Assembly (NCBI GenBank): GCA_963845755.1
Contig: CAWJTV010000028.1
Span: forward strand, 256,001 to 320,000
DNA: 64,000 nt
Direction of reading: 5' to 3'
Origin: an uncultured Planctomycetota bacterium
GTDB taxonomy: Bacteria > Planctomycetota > Planctomycetia > Isosphaerales > Isosphaeraceae
This document shows positions 1 to 8,002 of this stretch, piece by piece. Below the pieces are notes generated by a model that saw only the letters and a list, made by a program, of their open reading frames with translations, did not search any database and had not been told where the DNA came from. Numbering within the stretch: the stretch's first letter is position 1; every line of letters begins with the position of its first letter. Both the position numbers and the translations under genes were made by a program.

Positions 1-311
1 TCATGGTCATGGATGTATGCCCCGGGAGTGGATGCCGTGGCGGTCGTCCTCGGCGGGAGATCGGTTCGACGGCGCCGCGCCGCCGGTTACCCATACGATC
101 CGCACATGCGCACTCCCAGTTGCATAAAAGTTTCTGCATGTCAGGGGTTTTTGACGAGGCATCGCCGGAGTCCCTGCCGCAACCCATAACGTGGCAAACC
201 GTTACATCGAGGGGCCAAAGAGCAGGAGATGCTTAAAAAAACCCGGGCGGGTGACAAAGCTGGCGGGAACCGTCCCTTGAGGGCTTGCCGGGCCGGTGTA
301 TGTCCGTCTGA

Positions 312-467
312 CCTAACGCGGCCTTCGGCCGCAACCCAATCGGGATTCCCGATTCGCGATTCCGGATTCCCGAAGGGGAATGATCCGGGAATCCGGAATC
401 GCGAATCCGGAATTCGGAATCCCCAGAGGTGCGCAGGGCGCCGGGATCCTACGGAGGAAGACTCTAC
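312..467 (+). repeat. ~155-bp composite palindromic repeat (element A), copy 1
   Basis: CCTAACGCGGCCTTCGGCCGCAACC head, GATTCNN/GAATCNN heptamer inverted core, CCCCAGAGG...CCTACGGAGGAAGACTCT tail; near-identical to 567-720 and to the reverse complement of 30441-30596. Confidence 0.95.
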
Positions 468-566
468 GTTTTTTCGGGACTGCGCCCGGAACAAATGACC
501 CCTACCGGGCAGTTGAATTAAAAGTCAACCATCGACAACAAATTGTCGATGCGCGGCCCATAAGGG

Positions 567-720
567 CCTAACGCGGCCTTCGGCCGCAACCCAATCGGGA
601 TTCCCGATTCGCGATTCCGGATTCCCGAAGGAAACGATTCGGGAATCCGGAATCGCGAATCCGGAATTTGGAATCCCCAGAGGCGCGGCACGGCGCAGGG
701 AGCCTACGGAGGAAGACTCT
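567..720 (+). repeat. element A, copy 2 (direct repeat of copy 1)
   Basis: Aligns to 312-465 over its full length with only a few substitutions. Confidence 0.95.
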
Positions 721-770
721 CAATCGACTCGACGCGTCACCTGTCTTGACTTCGTTCCCTCAAAGAGTTC

Positions 771-857
771 AACCACGAAATCCACGAAAAAAGACGAATG
801 GGAAAATCAAATTCTGATCCGCTTTCCTCTTTCGTGTGTTTCGTGGATTTCGTGATT
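771..857. repeat. inverted repeat of 9-bp-period CACGAAA units (element B); possible terminator or stabiliser of the upstream minus-strand gene
   Basis: Left arm AACCACGAAATCCACGAAAAAAGACGAA (771-798), right arm TTCGTGTGTTTCGTGGATTTCGTGATT (831-857); related arms at 30140-30163 and 30418-30437. Confidence 0.85.
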
Positions 858-869
858 AATTCAGGGACT

Positions 870-2750
870 CTAAAGGGTCGTGAGGTAGGCAATCAGGTCG
901 TCGAGCTCCTGCTGAGTCAACTCTCCCAGGCCGGTGACGCTCTCGGGGCTGTGGGGCCCTTTGAGGGCGTTAACAAGGGTCTTGGAGCGGCCGTCGTGGA
1001 GATAGGGGTCTTTGTCGTAGGTGCCGCGGAGGGAGGGGGGATTGTATCCGCGATAGGCATCGTCGCGCTCTTCGAGTCCGGCGACGTGGATCTTGCCATC
1101 CGTGAGCTCGGGGCTCCCGTGGCAGGTATTGCACGCGGCCTTGGCGGATCGGAAGATTTCCCGGCCACGGCGGGCGGCGGTACCGAGACTCCCATCGGGC
1201 TCCAGGAAGGGATTCCGCGGATAATCGAGCGTGTCCAGGTAGGCCACGAGCGCCGTTACGTCCTCCTCGCGAGGCTTGGGGCCTTGCATGCTCTTGGTGA
1301 AGGACTCGATCATGGCGTCCTCCAGCTCGGTTTGCCAGCCGTGCCAGGTCCAGGGCCTGGTGCGGGTGACCCGGCGGAGGGTGGGGACCTTCTTGCGGCT
1401 CCGCAGGTGGAACGTGCTGTTGTCGAGCCGGCCGTCGTTGAGCGTGTCGAAGTCCAGGCCGTTGGTGTGCCCGTCGCTGTGGCAGGTGTTGCAACTGTAC
1501 CACTGGTTGTGGGATCGCGTGGCGTCGTGGAACAGGATCTCGCCGCGGCGGACCATTGACGGCGTCTTGGGGCCACCGAGGGGGATCGTGCCGACGAGCC
1601 TGGCCGCGTCGGCGTCCACGACCTGGATGGCGTCGGCCAGGTAATTCGCCACGTAGACCGTCTTACGATCGGGGGCGAAGGCCAGCTCGGTGGGCCGGCC
1701 GCCGAGGGCGACGCGGCGATACCGGCCGTCGCTCTTGAGCAATTCGGGTGCGATCAGGTCGCGCGAGTTGTCGTCCCGCCAGGGGAGTCGCTTGCGGTCG
1801 GTCCGGAAGATCATGAGCTCGTGGGTCCCGCCACAACTCACGACGATCAGCTTCTGGTCCCCGCTGACGGCGACGCCATGGGCATCGGACGCGGCCTTGC
1901 CTTGCGTATCCAGCGAGAGCGTCGCGAATGAGGGCTCCGTGCTCTCCAGATCGACCCGGGTCAAGCGCTGGCCCAGGACCCAGCCCAGGTCGATGTTGTT
2001 CCGCGTGGTGGGGAACCGCCGATTCTTCATATTGGCGAGGTAACCCATCTTGCCGTCGGCACTGATGGTCACTTGACGGAGGTTATCGCCATCGATGGGG
2101 ATATTCCGGGCGACTTTCCAGGCCGGGACGTCGATGATCGAGACGTCCTGCGACCGGGCATTGCTGACCAGGAGCCGCGATCCGTCGGGCGACAAGGCAA
2201 TCCCGCGCGGCTCGCGGCCCACCTTCAACCGACCGGTGATCTTCTTCCCGTCCACGTCCACCCGGACAACCTCGTTGCTGACGCCCACGGCCACGAACGC
2301 CGTCGCGCCGTCGGCCGACAGCGCGACGCCCCGCGGTTCCGGCCCGACCTCGATGCGGCTCGATAGGGCGACCTTGTCGTCTTTCAGGTCAAGAACCGCG
2401 AGGTCATAGCCGTACCAGTGGGTGACCACCCCGCGGCGGCCATCGCGAGACAGGGCGACTCCGGCGGGCTTTTCCCCCGTCCTCCGCTCGTGGAGCACCC
2501 GCGCCGATTTCGTATCCACCAGCGAGACGGTGCCGGCGGTCTGGTTGGCGGAGAGCAGTCGCGAGCCGTCGGCCGAGAGGGCCAGAGCGATTGGCGAGCG
2601 ATGGAGATCGTCCCGCGCCGGGGTCGCCGGGGTCGGACTGGGACTGGGACCGGCCCCATCTCCGCCGCGGACGAGGGTCCAAGGCGCGACGACCGCCACG
2701 GCGATCGCCATCGCAATGAACATCCGAGACGGAAGTCGTCTGTCAATCAT
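870..2750 (-). CDS. secreted YVTN/YncE beta-propeller protein fused to a di-heme cytochrome c (CCP/MauG-like) domain
   Basis: N-terminal signal-like hydrophobic stretch; repeated 'VG.EPRG.ALS.DG' propeller blades; two CxxCH motifs (both CNTCH); 'YLHDGR' motif. Confidence 0.88.
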   Translation of the reverse strand: MIDRRLPSRMFIAMAIAVAVVAPWTLVRGGDGAGPSPSPTPATPARDDLHRSPIALALSADGSRLLSANQTAGTVSLVDTKSARVLHERRTGEKPAGVALSRDGRRGVVTHWYGYDLAVLDLKDDKVALSSRIEVGPEPRGVALSADGATAFVAVGVSNEVVRVDVDGKKITGRLKVGREPRGIALSPDGSRLLVSNARSQDVSIIDVPAWKVARNIPIDGDNLRQVTISADGKMGYLANMKNRRFPTTRNNIDLGWVLGQRLTRVDLESTEPSFATLSLDTQGKAASDAHGVAVSGDQKLIVVSCGGTHELMIFRTDRKRLPWRDDNSRDLIAPELLKSDGRYRRVALGGRPTELAFAPDRKTVYVANYLADAIQVVDADAARLVGTIPLGGPKTPSMVRRGEILFHDATRSHNQWYSCNTCHSDGHTNGLDFDTLNDGRLDNSTFHLRSRKKVPTLRRVTRTRPWTWHGWQTELEDAMIESFTKSMQGPKPREEDVTALVAYLDTLDYPRNPFLEPDGSLGTAARRGREIFRSAKAACNTCHGSPELTDGKIHVAGLEERDDAYRGYNPPSLRGTYDKDPYLHDGRSKTLVNALKGPHSPESVTGLGELTQQELDDLIAYLTTL

Positions 2751-2824
2751 GGGAGAACGCTCCAGGCGGTCGGCGAATTCGATTTGGAAGGCTCGAGGTC
2801 GGCTCAGAGCTGGTGAAAGAAACG

Positions 2825-2943
2825 GATTCCGGATTCGAGATTCGAGATTCCGGATTCGAGATTCGAGATTCCGGATTCGAGATTCCGGATTCGAGATTCC
2901 GGATTCGAGATTCGAGATTCCAGATTCGAGATTCCAGATTCCG
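2825..2943. repeat. tandem heptamer array, 17 x GATTC(CG/GA/CA)
   Basis: 17 contiguous 7-mers read directly from the sequence, upstream of the cytochrome c gene start at 2750. Confidence 0.97.
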
Positions 2944-3066
2944 AATCATAAGTCTCTAATGCATCAGATTTAACATCCATTCGGAGTCCATCCGGGCTGG
3001 GTGGCCGGGCGGCTGCGTGCGGTTTACCCTCTTATCAGCGACAAAACAGCTCGTGCGGGCCGCGAC

Positions 3067-4785
3067 TCACATCCGGTCCACCACATCGATTCCAAGTAGT
3101 CCGAGCCCGAATTTCAAGGTCCTGGCGGTCAGATCGCAGAGTGCCAGCCGGCTGTCGCGGCGTTCGGGGGACTCCGCCTTGAGGACGGGGCATTCCTCGT
3201 AGAAGGTACTCAAGGCCGTGGCCAGATCGAAAAGATAGTCGGTCAGGATGTTTGGTTTGAGCTCCTCGGCGCTCAACTCGAGGACTTCGGGAAGTCGGAG
3301 CAGCCGGAGTCCCAAGGCTCGCTCGGCGGGATGGGTGAGTGCGATCGTGGGGCAGCGGGTGCGGATCGTACCCGCTGTCACTTCCCCCTTGGCGAAGATA
3401 CTCTGGGTCCGCGCGTAGGCGTACTGGAGATAGGTCGCGGTGTTGCCGTTCTTGGCCAGCATCTTCTGCCAGTCGAAGACGTAATCGCTGATCCGGTTCT
3501 GCCGAAGATCGGCGTACTTGATCCCGCCGAGTCCGACGACCACGGCCACCCGCCGCTGTTCCTCCGGGTCGAGCTGGGGGCTGTTCGCCTCGACGACCTT
3601 CAGCGCCTCGGCCGTCCCCTCATCCAGGAGGGACTCGAGGCCGACATTATCGCCCGCCTTCGTCTTGAATGGCTTTCCATCCTTGCCCATGATCGTCCCG
3701 AAGGCGATGTGCTCGAAGTCGGCCGAGGTGTAGCCCCACTTGCGCGCGACCTCGAAGAGCTGCTTGAAATGGTCGCCCTGGCGGTGGTCGACCACGTAGA
3801 GCATCTGGTCCGGCTGCCAGGTCTGGGCGCGGTACTGGATGGTGGCCAGGTCGGTGGTCGCGTAGTTGAAGGCGCCGTCCCGCTTGCGGACGATGAAAGG
3901 GGCCTCGGTCTGCTCGACGAAGACGACGATGGCGCCCTCGCTCTCGACGGCGAGCTCTTTCTTCTGGAGGTCTTCCACGACGCCGGCCAGTTGCGGGTCG
4001 TAGAAGCTCTCGCCGAGCTGGACGTCGAAGCGGACCCCCATGCGGTCGTACATGGCCTGGAGCGCCCCGAGACAGTGGGGCATGAACTGATCCCACAAGG
4101 CGCGGTTCTCGGGATCGCCCGCGTGGAGCTTGGCGGTCTCGACCCGCGCGGCGTCCTCGACGGACGAGTCGCCGGCCTTGATCCGATCGTTCGCGAGCCG
4201 ATACAGACGCGCCAGCTCGCCGACGGGATTGCCGGCGAAGTTGGCCTCGTCGCGGGCGTTCTTCCAGCCCCAGAGGATCATGCCGAACTGCGAGCCCCAG
4301 TCGCCGAGGTGGTTGTCGCGGATGACCCGGTGGCCATTGGCCGCGATGATCCGCGCCAGGCTGTCGCCGATCACCGTGGAGCGCAGGTGACCCACGTGCA
4401 TCGGCTTGGCGACGTTGGGCGAGGAGAAGTCGATCACGACCGTCTTGACCCGGGCGGGAGGGGCCAGGCCAAGGTCGGGGTCGACCAGGAGGTCGCGAAG
4501 GGCCGCGGCGATCCACGCGTCGTTGAGGCGGACGTTGAGGAACCCGGGACCGGCGACCTCGGGCGGGCCAGCTATGGGGGACAGGTTGACCTGGCCGGCC
4601 AGCTCTTGCGCGAGGTCGCGGGGCTTTCGGCCGATCGCCTTGGCCAGCGCCATGCAGCCGTTGGCCTGATAGTCGCCGAATTTGGAGTCGGTCGCCGGGC
4701 GCACCGCCTTTTCGAAGGCGACCCGATCGGGGCCCTCCGGGATGGCGGAGCCGAAGACCGTCCTCAATTCCTGGAGGAGATTCAT
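3067..4785 (-). CDS. argS: arginine--tRNA ligase
   Basis: FGDYQAN, 'FSSPNVAKPMHVGHLRST' HIGH-type motif, 'NHLGDWGSQFG', 'YLQYAYAR', C-terminal 'DRM'. Confidence 0.98.
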   Translation of the reverse strand: MNLLQELRTVFGSAIPEGPDRVAFEKAVRPATDSKFGDYQANGCMALAKAIGRKPRDLAQELAGQVNLSPIAGPPEVAGPGFLNVRLNDAWIAAALRDLLVDPDLGLAPPARVKTVVIDFSSPNVAKPMHVGHLRSTVIGDSLARIIAANGHRVIRDNHLGDWGSQFGMILWGWKNARDEANFAGNPVGELARLYRLANDRIKAGDSSVEDAARVETAKLHAGDPENRALWDQFMPHCLGALQAMYDRMGVRFDVQLGESFYDPQLAGVVEDLQKKELAVESEGAIVVFVEQTEAPFIVRKRDGAFNYATTDLATIQYRAQTWQPDQMLYVVDHRQGDHFKQLFEVARKWGYTSADFEHIAFGTIMGKDGKPFKTKAGDNVGLESLLDEGTAEALKVVEANSPQLDPEEQRRVAVVVGLGGIKYADLRQNRISDYVFDWQKMLAKNGNTATYLQYAYARTQSIFAKGEVTAGTIRTRCPTIALTHPAERALGLRLLRLPEVLELSAEELKPNILTDYLFDLATALSTFYEECPVLKAESPERRDSRLALCDLTARTLKFGLGLLGIDVVDRM

Positions 4786-5306
4786 GGCGCCGGTTCGTCC
4801 TGCGAGTCGGCCGGTGACCCTTGCCAGTCGAGCTGGGGCGCATCGCCCCAGATGTCCTCGAGCGCGTAATACAATCGGTCGTCGGGCGAAAAAATGTGGA
4901 CGACGAAGTCACCGTAGTCGATCAAGGTCCACCGGCCTTCCTCGGACCCCTCGAGACCGAGCTTGGCCTCGCCGAGTTTCTTCATCTCGTGGTCGATCTC
5001 GCTGGCGATGGCATGGCTCTGCCGGCGCGAGACGGCCGTGACGATCACGAAGAAGTCGACCAGCGCGGTGGCCTTCCGCAGATCGAGCAACAGGATGTCC
5101 TTGGCGCGATTATCGTCGGCGATCCGGGCGCAGAGTCGCGCGTGTTCCAGCGCCACGCCCACGCGGCGCGGCTCGCGCCGATCGGTGGCGTGATGGGGAA
5201 CATCATCTTGGATCGGACGGGTCTCGCGGGTTCGGAGCGAACTCGCGCGACGACTGGAGACGGGTTCCGAGGCGGGCAAGCTCTTCGCTGCGTTGTTTTG
5301 TACCAT
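4782..5306 (-). CDS. rsfS: ribosome silencing factor (iojap family); start uncertain
   Basis: 'DFFVIVTAVSRRQ', 'WTLIDYGDFVVHIF', 'YYALEDIWGDA'; stop overlaps the argS start. Confidence 0.92.
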   Translation of the reverse strand: MVQNNAAKSLPASEPVSSRRASSLRTRETRPIQDDVPHHATDRREPRRVGVALEHARLCARIADDNRAKDILLLDLRKATALVDFFVIVTAVSRRQSHAIASEIDHEMKKLGEAKLGLEGSEEGRWTLIDYGDFVVHIFSPDDRLYYALEDIWGDAPQLDWQGSPADSQDEPAP

Positions 5307-5596
5307 TCCACTCTTCCGCACAGCCCGAGATGGATTGACGGATCGAACCCCCTGATTGAACGTCCTGGGACCTGGATTCACCCTCCGCCGGCCCAGACAC
5401 CGTTTCGCGGCGGGCGGTTCAACACTCCATCTTAACCCGGGGATGGGCGGATGGCTATCGGGCACTCAAGGGACTTCCGCTTCGAGGCGTACTCGCCATC
5501 GCTTCTCGACATCCGCTCTTCACGGGGAAAGAATGATGCAAAGAAGAAGGCGGCACGGTGGAACCGGCCGCCTACGGCGAGAATCTGATTTGAGAG

Positions 5597-5669
5597 CACC
5601 CCCACGGGGACTCGAACCCCGGTCCCTTGGCTGAGAACCAAGTATCCTAGGCCGCTAGACGATGGGGGC
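5597..5669 (-). tRNA. tRNA-Glu (anticodon CTC)
   Basis: Reverse complement GCCCCCATCGTCTAGCGGCCTAGGATACTTGGTTCTCAGCCAAGGGACCGGGGTTCGAGTCCCCGTGGGGGTG folds as a cloverleaf with a GGTTCGA T-loop; no encoded CCA. Confidence 0.95.
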
Positions 5670-5684
5670 GTTGGATTCTCTAGT

Positions 5685-5712
5685 ATCATACATCGAAGGC
5701 ACTCGCGATCAA
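5685..5712 (-). promoter_or_regulatory. putative sigma70 promoter of tRNA-Glu
   Basis: Minus strand TTGATC-N16-TATGAT, ending 15 bp before the tRNA 5' end. Confidence 0.5.
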
Positions 5713-5799
5713 GACGGTTGGTTCAGTTTCAGACGGACAAACCGATTCCTGCGGTTCGCGGACGGCTACCCGTCTTTGTCGAGAATGTTGATCGCCTGG

Positions 5800-6340
5800 C
5801 ACCGATGAAGCCCTCAGCATGGCAAAAGGACCGGTCCTTGACCATCAGTGTGCTCGGCACCGACGGCAAACTGTTGACTGGCAATCAGGTCGCCGGAATG
5901 AGGGACATGGACTACTGGGAAACTCCTCCGGCGGAGGCATCGACTTAGGCGATCCTCAGCCTCAGGCCGGGCAAGCTCGTCCACTGACTGTCTTGAACCC
6001 GAAGCATGGCTTTTCGGGTCAGCTCGTGCAGCGCGGAGATGAGACGAAACCACAAACGATCACGCCACAGAAGTGGGGTGTGCTCACCGGCCGGGTTGTC
6101 GATGACCAACGCGAACCAGGGAACGTGGAGGCCCAGCTTTACCCCGTCAATCTACCGGGGGGGGTTACCCGAAGGTCGGTCAGGACGGCCGGTTCCGGAT
6201 TGAGGGCCTTATCCCCTGGAAGGCCTACACATTTTGACTCCTCGAGAAGGGTACCACGCTGGGCAATCTCCTCGACAAGGACGTAATAGTCGGGCCGGGA
6301 GAGGTCAAAGACCTCGGTGAAGTCGTGCCCAAACCGCAAG
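5800..6340 (+). pseudogene. decayed C-terminal remnant of a carboxypeptidase-regulatory-like (Ig-fold) domain protein
   Basis: Fragments in different frames: 'SLTISVLGTDGKLLTG', 'WGVLTGRVVDD', 'DGRFRIEGLIPG'; in-frame stop and no start. Confidence 0.5.
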
Positions 6341-6376
6341 TCAACCGAAGAATGGGCTCGCAATCCGTCCGGGGCG

Positions 6377-7207
6377 TCACTCCAGGTAACTCTCGTCTTC
6401 CAATCCTTTGATATAAGCCAGGACCTCGTCGATCGTCTCGACGGGCTGGCCGGGGACGCGGCCGGCATCATCGACGGCGCGGAGCTGCTTCAGATCCTCG
6501 TAATACTCGGACGCCTCGAGCTCGCGTTTCAATCGCGGGCTCAAGGAACGGTCGCGACCGGCCAGCAGGTCCATGTGGTGCTCGATCAGCCAGTAGGTTC
6601 GCTCCGTGATCGAACCGCGGAGGGCGTCGAGGCCCGCGACGACATGGTCCTGCGGATCGATCGCTTTGCCCACGTCGTGCAGGAGCACGGCGAGGAGGAA
6701 TTCCTCGTCGTAGGGTCGCGCATCGCGAGCCAATTCGAAGACTTGCAGGCTGTGAAAGAGCGCATCCCCCTCGGGATGATAGCGCGGATTCTGCTTCACG
6801 GACTCCAGCGGCTCAAGCCGCATTCGATAGATCGCGAAGCGGTCGAGATGCTCGGCCATCGAGGGGACCGCGGTCGCTGTATCGTCGTCAGGATGTTCGT
6901 CCGAAAGCGGTTCGACGGTGTCTTTCCCGCCGGTCGCATCTCGCCAGAGCGCGACGAGTTGTTCGCGAACTTCATCGTCGGAGGGAAGGTCACCGGGGCG
7001 GATGCGATGTCCCAGAACGGCCGCGGCCTTTCGTTTCGCCACGTAATAATCCTGAGCACTCGATGCGTCGAGCCAGTCCGGTGGCGGCTGCTCGCCTTTC
7101 GGTACGATCGTCGAATAGAGCCGCCGCGCGGCCTCCAGGGCGATCTGCATCCGGAGCCGGTTCGTCGCGCTTGGGACTCGATAACGACTACGATACCTGT
7201 CATGCAT
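6377..7207 (-). CDS. HD-domain protein with an N-terminal helical domain
   Basis: 'HPEGDALFHSLQV', 'LLHDVGK', 'LIEHHM', 'DDAGR'; GGAGG RBS upstream. Confidence 0.85.
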   Translation of the reverse strand: MHDRYRSRYRVPSATNRLRMQIALEAARRLYSTIVPKGEQPPPDWLDASSAQDYYVAKRKAAAVLGHRIRPGDLPSDDEVREQLVALWRDATGGKDTVEPLSDEHPDDDTATAVPSMAEHLDRFAIYRMRLEPLESVKQNPRYHPEGDALFHSLQVFELARDARPYDEEFLLAVLLHDVGKAIDPQDHVVAGLDALRGSITERTYWLIEHHMDLLAGRDRSLSPRLKRELEASEYYEDLKQLRAVDDAGRVPGQPVETIDEVLAYIKGLEDESYLE

Positions 7208-7248
7208 GGCCTATCCACCTCCTGGTGAAATCTATCCTTATCACAAAC

Positions 7249-7307
7249 GTAGGTCAGGCTTTCCGGCCTGACGGCAAATGGGAGTCAGGCGGGAAAGCCT
7301 GATCTAC
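7249..7307. repeat. GTAG-type REP doublet (REPIN)
   Basis: GTAGGTCAGGCTTTCCGGCCTGAC (7249-7272) and inverted GTCAGGCGGGAAAGCCTGATCTAC (7284-7307); each arm is itself a hairpin. Confidence 0.8.
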
Positions 7308-7897
7308 GCGGTGACCCGGTCGGTCATGACCAGGAGCACGCCACGTCGTGCCCAATCGGTCGTTAACTCGGCCTCCTTCGCGGGATCAATGCCTCGGACC
7401 GCGTCGGACACAACGGCGACCCGGCAGCCGCGGGCCAGCAAGCCTTCCACCGCGGCACGCACGCAATAGTCGGTCGCCACTCCATACACTACGAACGTCG
7501 GTGCCGATCGGTTGTACAGCGCGATCAGATCGTCGGCGTCCGGGCGGCTGAACACGTCGAACACGCGTTTCTGCAAGGTCAGGTGCTCGGGCAACTCACC
7601 CGATAGCCGGTCGGCAGGGCCGAGGATGAGGGAGTGGGCGCAGGCTGTCGCCGCAACTCGTTGCTGGCCTTCGGTTCCCGCCATGCAATGCGCTGGGAAA
7701 TCAGCCAGCTCGGGGTCGTCGATCGTGTGGTTACACGCGGTCGCCAGGATCGGAATGGCATGAGATTGGGCGAAGTGCGTCAACCGTTGCAGATTGGGTA
7801 GGATCTCCCGGGAACCGACGACGTAGAGGGCGCCCGAGGGTTCCAGGAAATCGCGCTGGGTGTCGATATCGACAAAGACGAGCGGGCCTTCGAGCAT
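7304..7897 (-). CDS. isochorismatase/nicotinamidase-family cysteine hydrolase
   Basis: 'VDIDTQRDF', 'FPAHC', 'GVATDYCV' (Asp/Lys/Cys triad pattern). Confidence 0.9.
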   Translation of the reverse strand: MLEGPLVFVDIDTQRDFLEPSGALYVVGSREILPNLQRLTHFAQSHAIPILATACNHTIDDPELADFPAHCMAGTEGQQRVAATACAHSLILGPADRLSGELPEHLTLQKRVFDVFSRPDADDLIALYNRSAPTFVVYGVATDYCVRAAVEGLLARGCRVAVVSDAVRGIDPAKEAELTTDWARRGVLLVMTDRVTA

Positions 7898-8002
7898 CCG
7901 CGTTGACCTCCGCGCGGCGTTTCGCCGGATGTTGTAAACGACAATCGGTTTGTTACCATAAGTCTTATCGAGGATTCGGGACGACCTCCACGGCCTATTG
8001 TA

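Noticed and set aside
1..20. Start of a minus-strand gene running off the left edge
   Set aside because: Only a few codons are visible, so it cannot be supported
141..571. Short ORFs with 'RIPDSRFRIP'/'ESGIRNP' peptides (also 2743-2949 and 30432-30626)
   Set aside because: These are translations of the heptamer repeats; no RBS or coding signal
312..720. CRISPR array
   Set aside because: Only two ~155-bp repeats with one ~99-bp spacer, dispersed copies elsewhere, and no cas genes
3331..4869. Long antisense ORFs (also 15249-16997, 26387-28168, 28741-30054, 53167-54444, 60247-61449)
   Set aside because: Shadow ORFs opposite well-supported genes, expected at high GC
5597..7900. tRNA-anchored genomic island
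   Set aside because: The remnant lies on the tRNA 5' side; no integrase and no duplicated tRNA 3' end seen
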